A stretch of DNA of 62,577 nt, filler included, from Basidioascus undulatus (taxonomy: Eukaryota), in the NCBI GenBank assembly GCA_000826855.1. It is 9 parts of 9 records of this genome, joined end to end, with 100 filler letters (N's around TTAATTAATTAA, not from the genome) between each part and the next. Parts side by side here need not be neighbours in the genome. Positions count along the whole stretch, not along the records: positions 37,351 to 60,170 come from JTLS01000283.1; 8 more parts are not named here. One strand, given 5' to 3'. The translations under genes and the position numbers were made by a program. Shown here one piece after another: positions 39,983 through 53,808 of the stretch. The notes beneath the pieces were generated by a model. It saw nothing but the letters and a program-made list of their open reading frames with translations. It searched no databases and was not told the DNA's origin. Position 1 is the first letter of the stretch; each line of letters starts with the position of its first letter.

Positions 39983-41712
39983 CCCTCCCCTTCCGCTCCG
40001 TCTTCCCCTTCTCCCTTGCCCCGCCACGGCCCGCCACGACCCGTCACGACCACCGCCTTCCGCTCTTTCCCCGAAAAGGCGCCCAGCTCCCCCTGGCCTG
40101 CCGAGCGCAGCACGCAGCACGCAGCACGCGAGTCCGCGCGCCCGCGCGCCTGTCTGGCTGGCTTGCATCGCGCTAACACTACCGCTACTACTACTATAGC
40201 TTTGTACTGAGCACATAGATCTCCGTATCTTGGGCTTGGTGGGTTTGCGTGCTTGGAGGGAAAAGATGCGTGAAGGGCACAGGGAAAAGACCGGAGCGCG
40301 AGACGGAACAGCGAGAAGAGGCAACGGATCCAGTGCTTTAGATGGCTCACCTCGAAATGCACGCCAAACACAATACCGGGTTCGATGCACACTGAGGGGT
40401 AGTGTTGCATCCCCGAGACGAAGTGGGCCTCACCCGCCGTGGGAGCGCGCGGCATAGTTCTTGCTGCTCATCGCTGTGTTTCACAACTGCTTCGGAAACA
40501 CTGCCTGGAATCGAGTTCGTCGTTGCCCATCGAGAAAGAGATTGAGGTTCGCAAAGAGAACGCTTCTCCACCCCCTCTGCTCGGCCTTGCGGCCCTGCAC
40601 CTGCACCTCCAGGGCACGCCCGAGCTTCTTCCCCCCTCCAACACAAGGACGATCTTATTGGACACGATCTTTACAGAGTCCCACAGGCTTTCGACGGAGT
40701 CACGGTGTTGGTTTGAGGGTCGAAGTAGCCGAGCCGAGGGGCGCCGCGGGACAGTTGGCCAAGGGAGTCTACGACCTGTTGACTCCGTCGAGTCGGCTGT
40801 CGAACTGCAGGCCGTAGACCTTCTCCGACAATCCTGTCGCGCCCGACCATTCGGCTACTCGGGACCTCAAGCCAACACCGCGCCAAGGCTAGCTGGTCTA
40901 CTGCTACCTGGCGCTTGCACAAGGGCATCGGTCAGGCGTCCGCCGAGGACGCAAGGACGCATGCCCTGTTCAGCAGCAAAGCCGAGGACCAGGATCAGGT
41001 CCCCCGGGTGTTGCGAACGAGGTCTCTACTCACCAATGTGGGTGTCCCCACACGCCCCCCAAGCCCGAGTACATGATTGCGAACTTCCCGAACGGCATCT
41101 CCCTCCCGCCGACCTCGTGAGAGGGTGGCAGGTCGTCGCAGTAGAGAGAGGCCGTTCGAGAAGTTCGCTATCATGTACTTACTCGTGCTGGGGGTGATAA
41201 GGCTTTGAAGGTCGAGGGTTGGACGTTGCCGTGGACAGGGAGAGAGAGCGGGGATGAGGATGCCGAGGATGAGGGTGAGAGGCAACCTGCATGCCACCGC
41301 GTGCTTGGTGTTCCGAAACGGGGCTCGTACTAACGATATAAGACGAAATGACGTGACTTTTGGTCAGTTCGCACAGAGAACCGCAGGCTGTGTCCTGCCT
41401 TCGAGCACCAAGAATCAGGTTCGGTCTAGCAAGATCAAGGGAGATTTTGTATGGGTGAAAACGTTGTATAAAGAGGAACAGCAGTAATTTTGAAAAGTCT
41501 TCCACCCATGGTCTACCTGCCCCTAGCATTGTCGCAAGACGATGAGTATGGTGATGCTGCGCCGCCATAATCAATCGGACTGCCATGCGAGCAGCGGGAG
41601 TGCAGGGAAGTCAATGACACAGCATGTACAGCCAGCTGGTATAGCTGGTATTACTGATAGAACACGATGCGACAGAACAATAGCGAGTGAGGCAAGGGAA
41701 GAGCGCGAGGAT

Positions 41713-42268
41713 TCACAGGCCGTGGAAGCGCTTGAGCTCGGCAAGGCGGTCCACCTTGCAGTGTGCGCGCTGCAAGCCGTAGTGAGCCAGCGACTTGTCC
41801 AGCACCTTGCCCGAGCGCTTGGACTTGACGTTCATCCCGAGGAAGGCAGCCTGTGTGAGCGGCTTGAGACCCTGGGGTGTGGAAGTTGAACATGGACAGG
41901 TCAGAGGAGTAGGCGGGCTGCATGGAAGGGTGTAAGCACGGGAGGGGCAATCTCGCCAGCGCCGTTCGGCACAGGCTCGAACCCGTGGTGGCCCGTCGTG
42001 AAACTGGTCAGGTTCATAAGTTGTCAGAGCCGGGCCCGTTAGCAAACCCGTGCATCCTGCGAAAAACTAGACTGGATGGAAAACGCACCCTGATTGCGCT
42101 CCGCTTGCTCTCGTGGCGCTGCACCTCTAGCTGGCGCGTGATCTTCACCGACTGGGCCGAAATGAGATCCATCTGGTCCGACAGCCTCTTGAACAAGACC
42201 AACATGATGTCGAACTTGTCCAAGAGGCGGTCGATCGAGTCCGAGTCCGACAGTCCTTTGATGCCCAA
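41713..42268 (-). pseudogene. Small coiled-coil protein resembling Mug135/DUF1773 C-terminal domain proteins; one apparent +1 frameshift
   Basis: A coiled-coil exon, then FEPVPNGAGEIAPP|GLKPLT...LAHYGL...DRLAELKRFHGL*. The phase of intron 1 is off by one nt. Family assignment is from recalled pattern. Confidence 0.4.
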
Positions 42269-44521
42269 TGGCTTGGCTAGAAAGACGCCAAGCTAGCAGA
42301 ATATCAACAACGATTAGATGGAACAGGACTTCTCATCGGCAGAGAAGAGCATATATGCACAATGCTCATCAGCCAGGCGGCTCTTGACATTCCTCGCCGG
42401 GAGGACGCACAGCATGCCCTCTACGCCCTCTTCAACAGCCAAGCACCAGGCCGTCGGGACTAGATCCCCCCATCCCAGAGAACTGGGAATGATTCACTCA
42501 TTAATTTTGGGGTCCTTTGTCAGCAGGAAGATGTTGCTGGGGCAATTCGCTGTCATCTCTTCGGGGCAGGGATGCTGTTGAGGAGGTTAATTGTTGTCGT
42601 GTATGAGGGTATGAGAGGGAAGAGCGCGGGTGCCGGTGCGGGGATCGTGAGTGAGGAATGAGAATGGCGAAGGGGAGGCAAGCGAAAACAGTAACGGTGC
42701 TGTCCAACATCGAAGGGTGTAGACCTTCTATCGTGATAAGACAAGGATCAGTTTGTTCAAGTGGCGCGTAGAACGACCAGCCTTCCTGCAGCGGCCTTTG
42801 AGAAATCAATCAAGCCGATTCGGCGAGATAAAAGTGGGAAATTCCGGTCTGGTTTGAAAGAACTGTATACAGGCAAACACTACTCTGAAAAGACTTCAAC
42901 CCCGTCGATCTACTTTCATCAGTATTGCAAGACGATTAGCATGTCGATGCCATTATCCTGGTTCCATCGCACAGTATTCTACATACGTCAGTAATCATAT
43001 TGCGAACGAGACCACATCACCCAGATTTTCTGGAATGTTTAACAAGCACTGTTTGCTTGCCTTGACGACTGTATACAGGGAATGCGTGCGGTGCGACCAA
43101 TGTGGTGCCAGGGGACAACCTGGTCTGCGTAACCATCTGCGTGTCCTCTGTATGCTACAAATGTTCGGGAAATAATACTGAAGCTCGGAGCCTTCGTTTG
43201 GAGCTGACGGCCTCCTCTCAGCCTAGGTGGTGAGACAGCACCGCGCCTGGTCGACACAAGCGCATGTTTGAGGCTTTGTGCTATGTAAAGAAGGGGTTAT
43301 AATCTTCAGTTACCAGTAAGAGTCCGTACTTACTGGATCCATCAGACGGTAGCTGAAGGTGCATATAGCGGCGCATGATGCCAATCACAACTTGATGGCC
43401 CTCTCTTTGACTCCGTGAACAGCACAGCACGCCGTGTGGTGCTGTTACAGGCCTCTGAAAGGTCGTAATAACATTAATCAATGACATAGTTTCACGAGCA
43501 TTGCGCTTCGATGGAGCTACTTCTAGGTCTCTGCCGTGTGTTTGGTTGCCAGTCAGGAGCGGCAGCAGGTCTACAGTTCAGAATTTCCGTGTCAGTCACC
43601 AAAACCTGCCGAGAACCGGGACTGAAAGACGAGAGTACTCGGGGATGAGTAAACCCAGTTCGACATGAAGGAAACCGAATGAGAGCTGTTCCTGGTGCGA
43701 CGCCCGAAGCACTGCCGGTCGCCTTGCGTCCAAGAGTCCTCAAGTCGACAGAATCTTCCTGTCCTGAATTAATACGTGGTTTAAGCGCTCATCTGACACG
43801 CTTGATTCCTTGACGAGGGAGGGTCGGAGGCCCCGGGCCAGAGAAAGCTCACCCAAATAGAGTCTCCACCTGCAGTCTGAGCAGAGGCGGATACAATTGT
43901 GCATTAACAACGTTTTCTGTTCATTGTATTGGAGAATGCATGCCAATGCGGTGGTTTAAGGCGTCAACAGCTGGCTGCAGTACGTGGCAGTCGCCAATCT
44001 GCACTTTTTGACAGTTCGTTGAGAGCACGCACGCCACGGAAGATCCGCGAGAGAGCTGTCGGAACTGACGCTCCGCTCCGCCTCGAAGCGCGAATGTCGA
44101 CTTGCTTTCTTGCACTCACCGCTCCGTGTCGTGCGTATTGTTGAAACGAAATTACCGCCAGTAAGCTCACAAAGGCACTCCTGCGCAGATTCGAGCTCTC
44201 CCTGAGCTAGCTGCTGCTGCACTTCACCGCGATCAGGAGCTAGTCGAGGTGCGCCGCCTGTCCATCTCCAGGCTGCACTGGGAAGACGCTGAAAGGAGCG
44301 ACTGAGCAGCTATTAGTTATTCCTTTCTGAAGGCGGACCTCTCTTTCTGGTGCACGCGATCATTCAAGGTGGGTCTGAGAGTTGAGTGGGACTTGGGGGT
44401 CTGAGAAGGATCTTCTCTCGTCCAAGCAAGCTACTTCCCAGCTTGGAGATGGATCAGGGCGGGCAACAAGGCAATAGGAAAAGGAGAACCCACGGACTGA
44501 CAATCCTCCCAGGCTTCCAAT

Positions 44522-47500
44522 ATGTCTTCTGTCGCTACGCCCACCGCCTCGGGCGTCTCCACGCCTTCCCCAACGCATGCTGTCGTCGCCGCGCTCGATA
44601 CCCTCTACCAAAACCCAGACAACAACGCCAAAGCGCAGGCGAACAACTTCCTGCAGAGCTTCCAGTCCAAGGTAGGCTTGCGCTACATGGAGATGAGTGG
44701 AAGGCATACTGACGGGGTGGGGTCTTGCTGGGCATGAAGGCGGAGGCTTGGGAGTCGGCGAACACCCTGCTGCTCGAGCCGACGGCGCCGTTGGAAGCTC
44801 GGCTGTTTGCAGCGCAGACGTTCCGATCCAAAGTGCGTGCTTGTCCACACCCATGTTTCCCTCCAGTGCTCTCGTCTTCTCCTTCCTTACACCTTCCCTT
44901 CCCCCACCCTCCCCAACGCTCCAGATCATCTACGACCTCTCCCAGCTCCCGCGCTCCACCCTCGCCTCCTTGCGCGACACGCTCATCGCCGCGCTTGAGA
45001 CCTTCTCGGCAGGCGGGGCGCGCGTCGTCCAGACGCAGCTGTGCCTCGGCATCTCGGACCTCGCGCTGCAGATGCATGCGGACGAGTGGGCGGACCCCGT
45101 CGCGGACATGGTTGCCAAGTTTGGGCAGAGCGAGGCGACGGTCAACGTCATGCTCGAGTTTCTGACGGTTCTGCCTGAGGAGGTTGCGAACTATCGGATT
45201 CCGGTTTCGGTGCGTGCTGCGGTGAAGAAGCATGTAACAGGGGTGATAGGGAGCTGATGAGCGGCGCGGGTGGGTGTAGGCGGAGGAGCATCGGACGCGC
45301 TCGGAGCAGCTCTTGAGCGCCAAGGCGGATGAGGTGCTGAAGCTGCTGTCGATGTACATCAGCGCGCCAGGTTCGTCCATCCTCCGCCTGCTGGAAGCCA
45401 CCTTGCGCTTACAGACTATTGGCAGGCATCACGCAATCTCTCCAAAACGCTGTCTTCCACGCGCTGCGCTCATGGCTCAACGCGGGCGAGCTGACGGCCC
45501 TCTCCATCGCCGCGACCCCTCTCTTCCCTCTCTCGTTCGACGCGCTCTCCCAGCCCTCCCTCTTCGACGCCGCCGTCGACGTCCTCTGCGACCTGATCCA
45601 CGAGACGCAAGAGCTCGACGAGTGCGTCTCGGTGATCCAGCAGATCGTCCCGCGGCTCGTCGCGCTCAAGCCGCGGCTGGACGAAGCCGCGCGGGACGAG
45701 GACTCGGACTCGGTGCGCGGGTACTGCCGGCTCTTCACCGAGGCAGGCGAGACCTACCGCCCGCTTGTCCTCGCGCACCCTGCCGAGTTCGGAGCAATCG
45801 TCGAGGCCATCGCCGCGTGCGCGGCCTTCCCCGACCTCGACATCGTCCCAATCACCTTCAACTTCTGGTACCGACTCGCGCAGTCGCTCCAGAAGCGCTC
45901 GCACGCGGACCCGAACCTCGCGCCGTTCCTCGCCGTGTACGAGCAGCTTGTGAGCGTCATCATCGGCCACTTGCGGTTCCCGGACGACCCGGGAAGCATG
46001 ACAGGCCAGGAGCGCGACGACTTCCGGGCGTTCAGGCACTACATGGGCGACACGCTCAAAGACTGCTGCGCCGTCCTCGGCGCGACGTCGTGCATGCGAC
46101 GGGCGTACGAGCTCGTCGCGGGCGCGCTCTCGCAGGGCGGGAAGTGGCAGGACCTCGAGGCGCCCCTGTTCTCGATGCGCTCGATGGGCAGCGCGATCGA
46201 TCCGGCGGAGAGTGAGGTCCTCCCGCTCGTTATGGACCTCGTCCCCAACTTGCCGAGCCACCCGAGACTCCGCTACGCCGCTATCCTCGTCATTTCGCGG
46301 TACACGGAGTGGATCGACCACCACCCGAGCTACATCCCCTTCCTTCTGTCCTACATCTCGGCCGGCTTTTCCGATGCGGAGCAGGCGGAGCCGGATGTCG
46401 ACGTCTCGGCCGCGGCCAGCCAGGCGATGAAGTTCCTCTGTCAGGACTGCAACCGAGTGCGTTTCTTTCATCTATCAACGATGCGATATCTCCTTTCGGG
46501 CGGGCGGCGCTAATTCTCTAGATTTGCTCTGCTGCAGCACCTCGTCCCTTACCTTCCCCAACTCCACTCTTTCGTCGAAACCGTCGGCCCGCGGCTGCCG
46601 CGCGAGGACCTCGCGGCCATCTCCGAGGCGATCGCGCACGTCATTTCTGCCATGCCGCCTGACGAGGCTGCCGCGGCACTCAACCAGTTCGTGCACCCCC
46701 TCGTCGAGCGGATAGCTGCGGCCGTCGCGAAGCCTGAGGTCCTCGGAAAGGAGGAGCTCAAGAACGTCGCCGGTGCGTCTGCTCATTCTCAGTGATAATT
46801 TCTGCGCTCGATACTAACGCTCTATGGTGGGGTTCGTCCATGGGGTTCGTCCAGGCTTGCTCGAGCAAATCGAGTCTTTCCTCGCCGTCGTCCGCTCGCT
46901 CGGCTCCTCCCTCCCCGCAGCATGCGCCAAGACGCCCGGCGACGTGTGGACCGTGCTTGACGCGCTTCTCTCTAAGTACGGGAGTACATACTCTATCTCC
47001 GAGCGCGTCTCGGCCGTCCTCCGCCGCGGCATGGTCTTCTTCGGCGACGCGGCCGCACCCATCGTCCCCGCTGTTCTCGCGCGCATGGCGAGCTCGTTCG
47101 AGGCGACCGGGTTCTCCGGTTACCTCTGGATCACGGGACGTTGCATCGGTCGGTATGGGCGCGTTCAGCAGCCCGAGGTCGAACACGCGCTGCGCGCTGC
47201 GCTGGAAAATGTCAGTGCGAAGGTGTTTGTGATGCTCGAGACGACGCAACCTAGCGATATGCCTGATGGTGCGTTGCTGGCCTTTGAATACGGTTGCGCT
47301 TAGAAGCGCGAGCTAATGAGATTTTATGGTATTGCTGTGTACGTAGTCATCGAGGACTACGTGCACACGCTGCTGCAAGTCGTCGAGTACACGCCCGACC
47401 TCCTCTTCCTCTCGCCCATCTTCCCCGCCGCCTTCTCCACCGCAATTACTGCGCTCTCCCTTCTCTCTCCCGAGCTCCTCCTCGCCGCGCTCGACCTCAT

Positions 47501-48033
47501 CCGCGAGATCGTCGGGCACCAGTCCCTCTCTCCCTCTGGCCTCTCCGCCCCCTCGGGAGCCTCGTCCAACTCCGCGCACGCCCAGGCGATCCGGACCGTC
47601 GTCGGGCAGCCCCAGAACGGCGCGCGACTCGTCGCCGCGCTTCTCCAGGGGCTCGTCGCGCAGTTCCCGGAGGACTGCACGAGCACGGTCATCACCCTCA
47701 TGCGCATCCTCGCGGATCTGTTCCCCGAGGAGATGGCACAGTGGGTGCCCCTCGTCGTGGAGCAGGGTAACCTCGCCAACATTGCCGAGGTGGACCAGCG
47801 GGCATTCGTGCAGGCTTTCAATGCGTGCGTCGCTGCATCCCTTTCCCTCTCCTCTTTCATTTGCTTCCAAGGTTAGCAGGAGATGAAGCTAATCTTGATG
47901 ATGATGGACGGACCCACTTGACAGTGCGATGGCGGAGCGCAGCCTCGACAAGGTCAAGCAGGCCATGCAGCAGTTCTACCGGGCCTCGCGCAAGTCGAGA
48001 GAACGCGCGAGTCTGGCGCTCGCCGATCGATGA
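44522..48033 (+). CDS. MTR10: Importin-beta family nuclear import receptor Mtr10 / transportin-SR
   Basis: ANNFLQSFQ...AW...LFAAQTFRSKIIYDL, ITFNFWYRL, FRAFRHYMGDTLKDCC, WQDLEAPLFSMRSMG, ISRYTEWI. Eight canonical introns; stop at 48031-48033. Confidence 0.93.
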
Positions 48034-48623
48034 TTCTCTCTCATTCTCGCTGCCGCCTTGCTGTTTTGTGAGACTGTGCCTTAGTTGCTAATATAATCAA
48101 TGCTTTGTGACAAACCGAAAGAAAAGTATGGACCGCTGTGAGACCGGAAGCTGGATATGTACCCGGTACACCACTGACTGCGCTCTCCATCAGCTCTCGA
48201 TGGACTGATGCGACATGCCGCTCACAACCCATCGTAATTGGCGCGCACAGTCATTTCACGCCTCTTACGGATAGTAGTTTTTGGTGTGCATTCGCCCTTC
48301 AAGAGGATCTCATGAGTGAGAACGGGTCCGGTGCAGGTCTTCGCAGGCGAGTTTACCGTCATTAATCTCGGCCCCCCGGCTGTTTTCCGTTTTCTCGCGG
48401 TACTCCGTTGACCCAGCGTCTGAGCTCGGGACCCAGGTAGAGGTTGAACACCTTCGATATGCAGTCCCTTCATGGCGCTGTTCTAGTTAGTCAGAGAGGC
48501 GTGCCTAATATGAGTTCCGCTCGTTCTACAGCGTCCCAGGTGTAGCTCAGGTTCGCATGCTTCAGAGCTGTGAAAGCGAAAGAAAGTGGTATAAGAAATG
48601 TCCGTATTTAGTTACTACAACGC

Positions 48624-51600
48624 TCAAGCAATAGCGTCCGACGCCCCATCTGGGTCTTCACGACCGATTAGGTCGCGAGGGGCGATCTTCAGCGCAGTTT
48701 GACATGCCGGGTCGTCCTGGTTGAGCAATGCGTTCTGTAAAGCATTGCTCAGTTGTAAGGTTCCGCTCAAGGACTCCCTCCGAATACAACAAATGTATGT
48801 ACCTTGACGGGCTCCTCGCCGCTGTAGGAGATGCTGACGGTCAGAGCTGTTGTGCACAAATGAACGCGAAATTTCTTACAGTTGCGCCCAGCTGTATCAA
48901 ATACCAGTCAGCAAATTGTCGCGATGTTCAGCAGAGATTAAATGGTGGAGACAGTCTTACGTCGTCAGGTTGGGGTTCTGGTACACCCCCGGACGTCAAC
49001 AAACCGGAGATCAGAAGAGAAGGCGCTTTCAGCTCACCGTGTAGGCCTCCTTGTACAGCTCAATACTAAGAAGTATGGAGCAGTTAAGCTTCTAAAAGAA
49101 CGATGTTTAGGTCGAGAAAGAACATACTACTCGGCCGTCGGGTAGTCATCTGGACTGCACCCGATGTTACGCTTGCCGACCGGTTGGTACTGCATAACCC
49201 GGCAGCTCGTGAGAAGGCGAATCAGCCTATTCTATACGAAATTCAGAAATGTACCACTCGAACCCAGTCTACGCTGATCACTGTTGGCCAGACACCCTCA
49301 AGACCTGCAGCTGCTCGTCAGGATCTCACCGTCAAACACATATACTGACGTTTGCGTTACCGTCCCAATCAATGCCACCTGTATGGACGTGGTTAGTCGA
49401 TCCTTCGTCTATAAATTAAGGCTCCTTATAACTTACCGAAGCTGCGCAGACAAGTAAAGTATGTCGTTAGCCAAAGGTATAAGCGGCTCAGCGATGTGTG
49501 ACACGCACTTATACGAGATGCCCTGGTCTGTGCAGCGTAAAGGTCAGCTCCGATTTCACAGGTCATGTGATTGCTTCTTTCAAACTCACTGAATATAATA
49601 TACATGGGCTCATTAGGTATGATGCGCTGGCTAATCTGGACCTCAGGATTTGCCGCTAATCCGCTCGCTGTGAGGCGAGTGCGAGCCTATGAGGCGGAGC
49701 ATGAGTCGTATACACAACGAACCGGGAACCTGCGAGGGGATGCTCAATCAAACAGCCGTAATTGTTCAGTAGCCAGGTTGAACGCACTATCCATCGCATC
49801 TCATTGTTTACGATCAGAAACGCCAGGAGCAAACTCCAACCTGCGTTGCAAGTGAGCTTAATCAAACGGCAGGCAGGCATCTCGAGACTTGCCCATACCT
49901 GGATTGTAACGCACGTAAGCTCAAATGCATATCTCGTCTAAAAGGCCACAATCACGTACTCTGAGAAGTGGCCATCCTTGAACTGATAGGCGGACTGGTC
50001 GGTGTGGACAACGACACTCGTGGACCTGGAAAACAGCGAGGTCAGGCTGGCCCCGACTATCATAGAAGTCCAAAAATTATCACATCTGGAATTGTCCGCC
50101 TAAGTGCGCAAGTGTTAGAATACTGTAGGGAACTACGTGCAAAACGGTTGTACGTGCCTTGATACGTCTGCGGAACTCAAGTTGACAGGTTAACGCTTGA
50201 GCCATGGCACCAATAACATATAATTGTCACTCACGTTCAGCTCGTCGGTGTCCCTGTGGACAGAGTGTACGACCTCAGGTAAGCTTTATGACAAGGAGAC
50301 ACAAGGGAAAGGCCCTACGGATAGGCTGCGAAAGTTCACGACCGGCGCTTAGCGCGGGAAAGAAAATTATATGAAGCCTTGACGTACTGATCGTGATAGT
50401 TTCATTCTTCCAAACGTAGTGGGAGTCTTTGGAAATGTGACTTCGATGAGCATGCATTGTAAGTTGCCAAACCGCAAGACCGTACCGAATGGAGCGAATT
50501 GAGCTGATGAGGCCTCGTCAGCTTCTGTTTTCTTCCCCAACAGTGGTGGTTTTGCTCACAAGACATCGAAACGTGTCCTGTTCAGAATCACGGTCAGCTT
50601 GTTCCTGCAGTGAATGAACTTTCCATGAGGACTTGCCCTCGCGGGTGGTTTGGTCGACCTAAATGACCGTAAACGCAGGATCAGCTCGCAACAGCAAACC
50701 GAAGTGAAGATAATGCCAACCTGAGCCTCAATACTGAACGAAAATATCAAATCAGTGGCATCAGCATGCCTTCCTGTGCGCCTAAGGCTCGATGAACTCA
50801 CACGTCGATTTCTGGTGCGCTCCGGCCGACCCACGTTCCGTCGCTGTGCTTGGGACCGGGATGCACTTGATCATCGCACGTGCAACGACTCCTGTGATGG
50901 GCCTTCAGAAATGTCGCGCATTGGTACAAGGGGCGTGGGTGGCTCACAGGCGCTGACCGGGAGCGTAGCTGAGGGCATCCCCGTTTGACCCGGTCGTCAT
51001 GGCCGCGTCCGGGTACCCTTCAGTTACGTTATAATAAGCACACATTGTTTTGATAAATATTGAGAGCATGGACCTACCCGCTAGAGACTGGTTCTTCAAA
51101 GTCTTTATCCCGAATGCGTCATCAGTTGCTGAACCACCTCGCCGACAACCTCTCACTCACCCCGACATCACACGCGTCCTGTACGATCACCGGAGTCAGT
51201 GGAAGACAGCCCGACTGAAGTAGATTATGGGATGACTTACGTAGCTGAACGGCCACATTCCTTCCAAAGACGCGCCGTAGCCTGCCCGGCCGAGGTTTCC
51301 CCTACAAGTTGCGCCAGCATGTCAGTCTCGAATCCAAGGGTTGCACGGAATGAATCGGATACTTTCATCGTCCAAAAAGCAGGCCCTAAATGGATAAATT
51401 AGCTTGTACTTCATGGATGGAAATAGGCATAACCGTACAGAGCTGTTACGCCTCAGTGAGTCAGCGAGGGCAGAAGACCGCGAAGAAAGAGCCACGCACT
51501 CCATAGACATCCGAAGCTCCCGGAAGCGTAATACTGGCGCTCACGTATCCTCCGGTAAAGCAGAATTTGTTCCAAGACGTAAGCATTCCGCCCTACCCTG

Positions 51601-52770
51601 CACATCAGCAACAAGACCATGGAATCGAAAGAGCAGGACGCTACTTCGAAGTTGAGGCCGTGCGACTGGACAGAGTCAAGCGAAATGCGAAGAGAGCCTC
51701 CTTGCGTTGTAATCTGGCGAGGAGAGTACCACTGCAACTCGAATAACCATCAGAAAAGGTAAGAACGGACGAAGCAGGTGATGGACCTCAAGATTGTTTG
51801 TGCCCCAGTAGTGCAGATCGGCCGCCTCCCAGTACGGATCGTCGCCAGGCCAGAACTACCCCCGAGCCACGCCATAGTCACCATCACCGTAAGAGGGAGA
51901 AGTGGAGGAGACATACTGTTCTACCGTCCTCATTGAATTCATCGGAGAAGACGAGCTCGCTGAGAGCAACCACCAGATGAGCACCCTGAGTCGGCAAGAT
52001 ACGCATTAAGGAGACGCACAATTCCTCGCCGTTGAAACCCTTCCTGGTCCTCGCTTCTTGAGGAGTATCAATGTCGATCAAACCCTGGATGTTCCGGATG
52101 TCAGGTTTTCGCTCCACGTTCAAGTTCGGTAGTATTGACCTTCGACGCGAATAATTGCGGAACCTGCCCAGACGCGTTGATACCGCCGAGGTTGTAGGCG
52201 CCAAATGTCGACTGTTGCGACTTTCGCACATTGTTGACAATCGGGTATCCGGCGCTTTTGGAGAAATTTAATTAGTAATTAGGTTGTATTATTTGAGATA
52301 GAGGAGAGACTTACAAAAGCATGACCAGAGCGCCTGCAAGAATCGCTAAGCAGCCGAGGTTAAGCAACCCTCTCGACGTGAATGCCGTACCCGCTCGATC
52401 AAGAATGCTAGGGCTTCCGTTAGTTAAAATCAAGGGGTTTCGTTGGGTATGGGTTCCATTATACCGGTCGCGTCGAGGGTCAGGACTGCTGGTTTGGGAA
52501 GTCAGAGCACTGCCTCGCATGGAAAACCGCGAGATTGGACGCACTGCAGTACGTCGTCCGGCTCGGGGCCTGCATGCGCACCACCCCAGTCCAGTGGATG
52601 CGAGCTATTCATTACACGATTAGCTTGTGAACCCATCACAACTCAGCATCCATCGAGACGCACCTGATTCCGAAGGCCTCGGACGGAGTCACAATCAAGA
52701 GCGGGGCGTCGTAGGAAGTCGCGCTTGAGCGGTGACTGTGGTCTGTCGCCTTCTCGGTCGCGTACACCAT
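48624..52770 (-). CDS. KRE6: KRE6/SKN1-family beta-1,6-glucan synthesis-associated GH16 protein, ~30 introns
   Basis: RGLLNLGCL...AGYPI (TM), NLGGINASGQ, LIDIDTP, LVFSDEFNEDGRT, WNKFCFTGG, GNLGRAGYGASLEGMWPFSYD, GRSAPEID, EPMYIIFN, VDWVRVYQP, GCSPDDYPT, YTNPNLT. The segment ~49670-49810 could not be spliced cleanly. Confidence 0.9.
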
Positions 52771-53808
52771 CGCTTGAGAGCCTCCGGGTGGACGTTTTGG
52801 ATATTGTGGGATAGAATGAGAGTCTATGCGGAAGCGGGACGATTGAGGGTCACACAAAGAGTTGAATGTAGCCGGTGATTTGCATTTCGCCGAGTTGATT
52901 GATCAGATCTCCGATGTATGTGTCCTTTTTGGCGGGGACGTTGGTGGAGTGATTGCGCATCATTGACTATCCTGGGACGAACACGAGGCAGCCGTGCTGC
53001 GGGGCCCCACCGATCGCTGCCAGGAACGAGTAATATTAACATGTCCAAGCCAGCCCTTAGCTGTTGGGATTATAATAACCGAGTCCCGTTCGGGGCCACG
53101 CACGCTCTCGTCTCCTTTTTCTCTCTTGATCACTTCCATGGAATGATTACAAACAATCTCTACTCCATCTCCACGACGCCAGAACTTCCTCTGAAACGGG
53201 CTTCCCGCATCCGATCGACGTTTCACAACCGTATTCTCCACGGGCGTCTTCGTTCGAGTCCGAGGCCCTGGCGAATATCTCACAGGCTGTGCACGCAACG
53301 CGCATTGTAACCTTTCAGCTCGCTCGCACGAGACAGCACGGCGGCGTGATGCCATGCCATGCACGGGTGTAGCCAATTCCAACGTAAATGAAATCGTTTG
53401 GACCCTTTCAGTAAGTTCCAGAAACGTCGATGCTATGCTAAGCGATGTAAGGCTTCGACCGGGTGGGCCAGGTTCTTATACACCTGCTCGCCCCCACAGT
53501 ACAACTGCCAGCACGTTGCTTGTCGTCACCTTACTTCCAGCTTGATCAATTGCAAGAGTTATGGTTTAAATTGAGAAGATATTTAGTACAGCAGTGGAAT
53601 GGCGGCCAAACATGGGGCCGTCCGCTCGACAACGACTCAACTACCGACGACCTCTTGTGCGGTCTCCTCACTCTTTGGCACACAAAGAACACTTGCTCAT
53701 CAAAAGAACATCAAATCGTACCCTGCGTTCCACCGTTCACATTACAGAAGCCAACAAAAAAGTAGTGTCAAGGGAGGAAATATGGGGAATGTTCGTCAAA
53801 AACGTCGT

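Noticed and set aside
43930..44030. KKCRLATATYCSQ as a second MYND finger
   Set aside because: Lacks the required Cys/His spacing and overlaps intron-like sequence.
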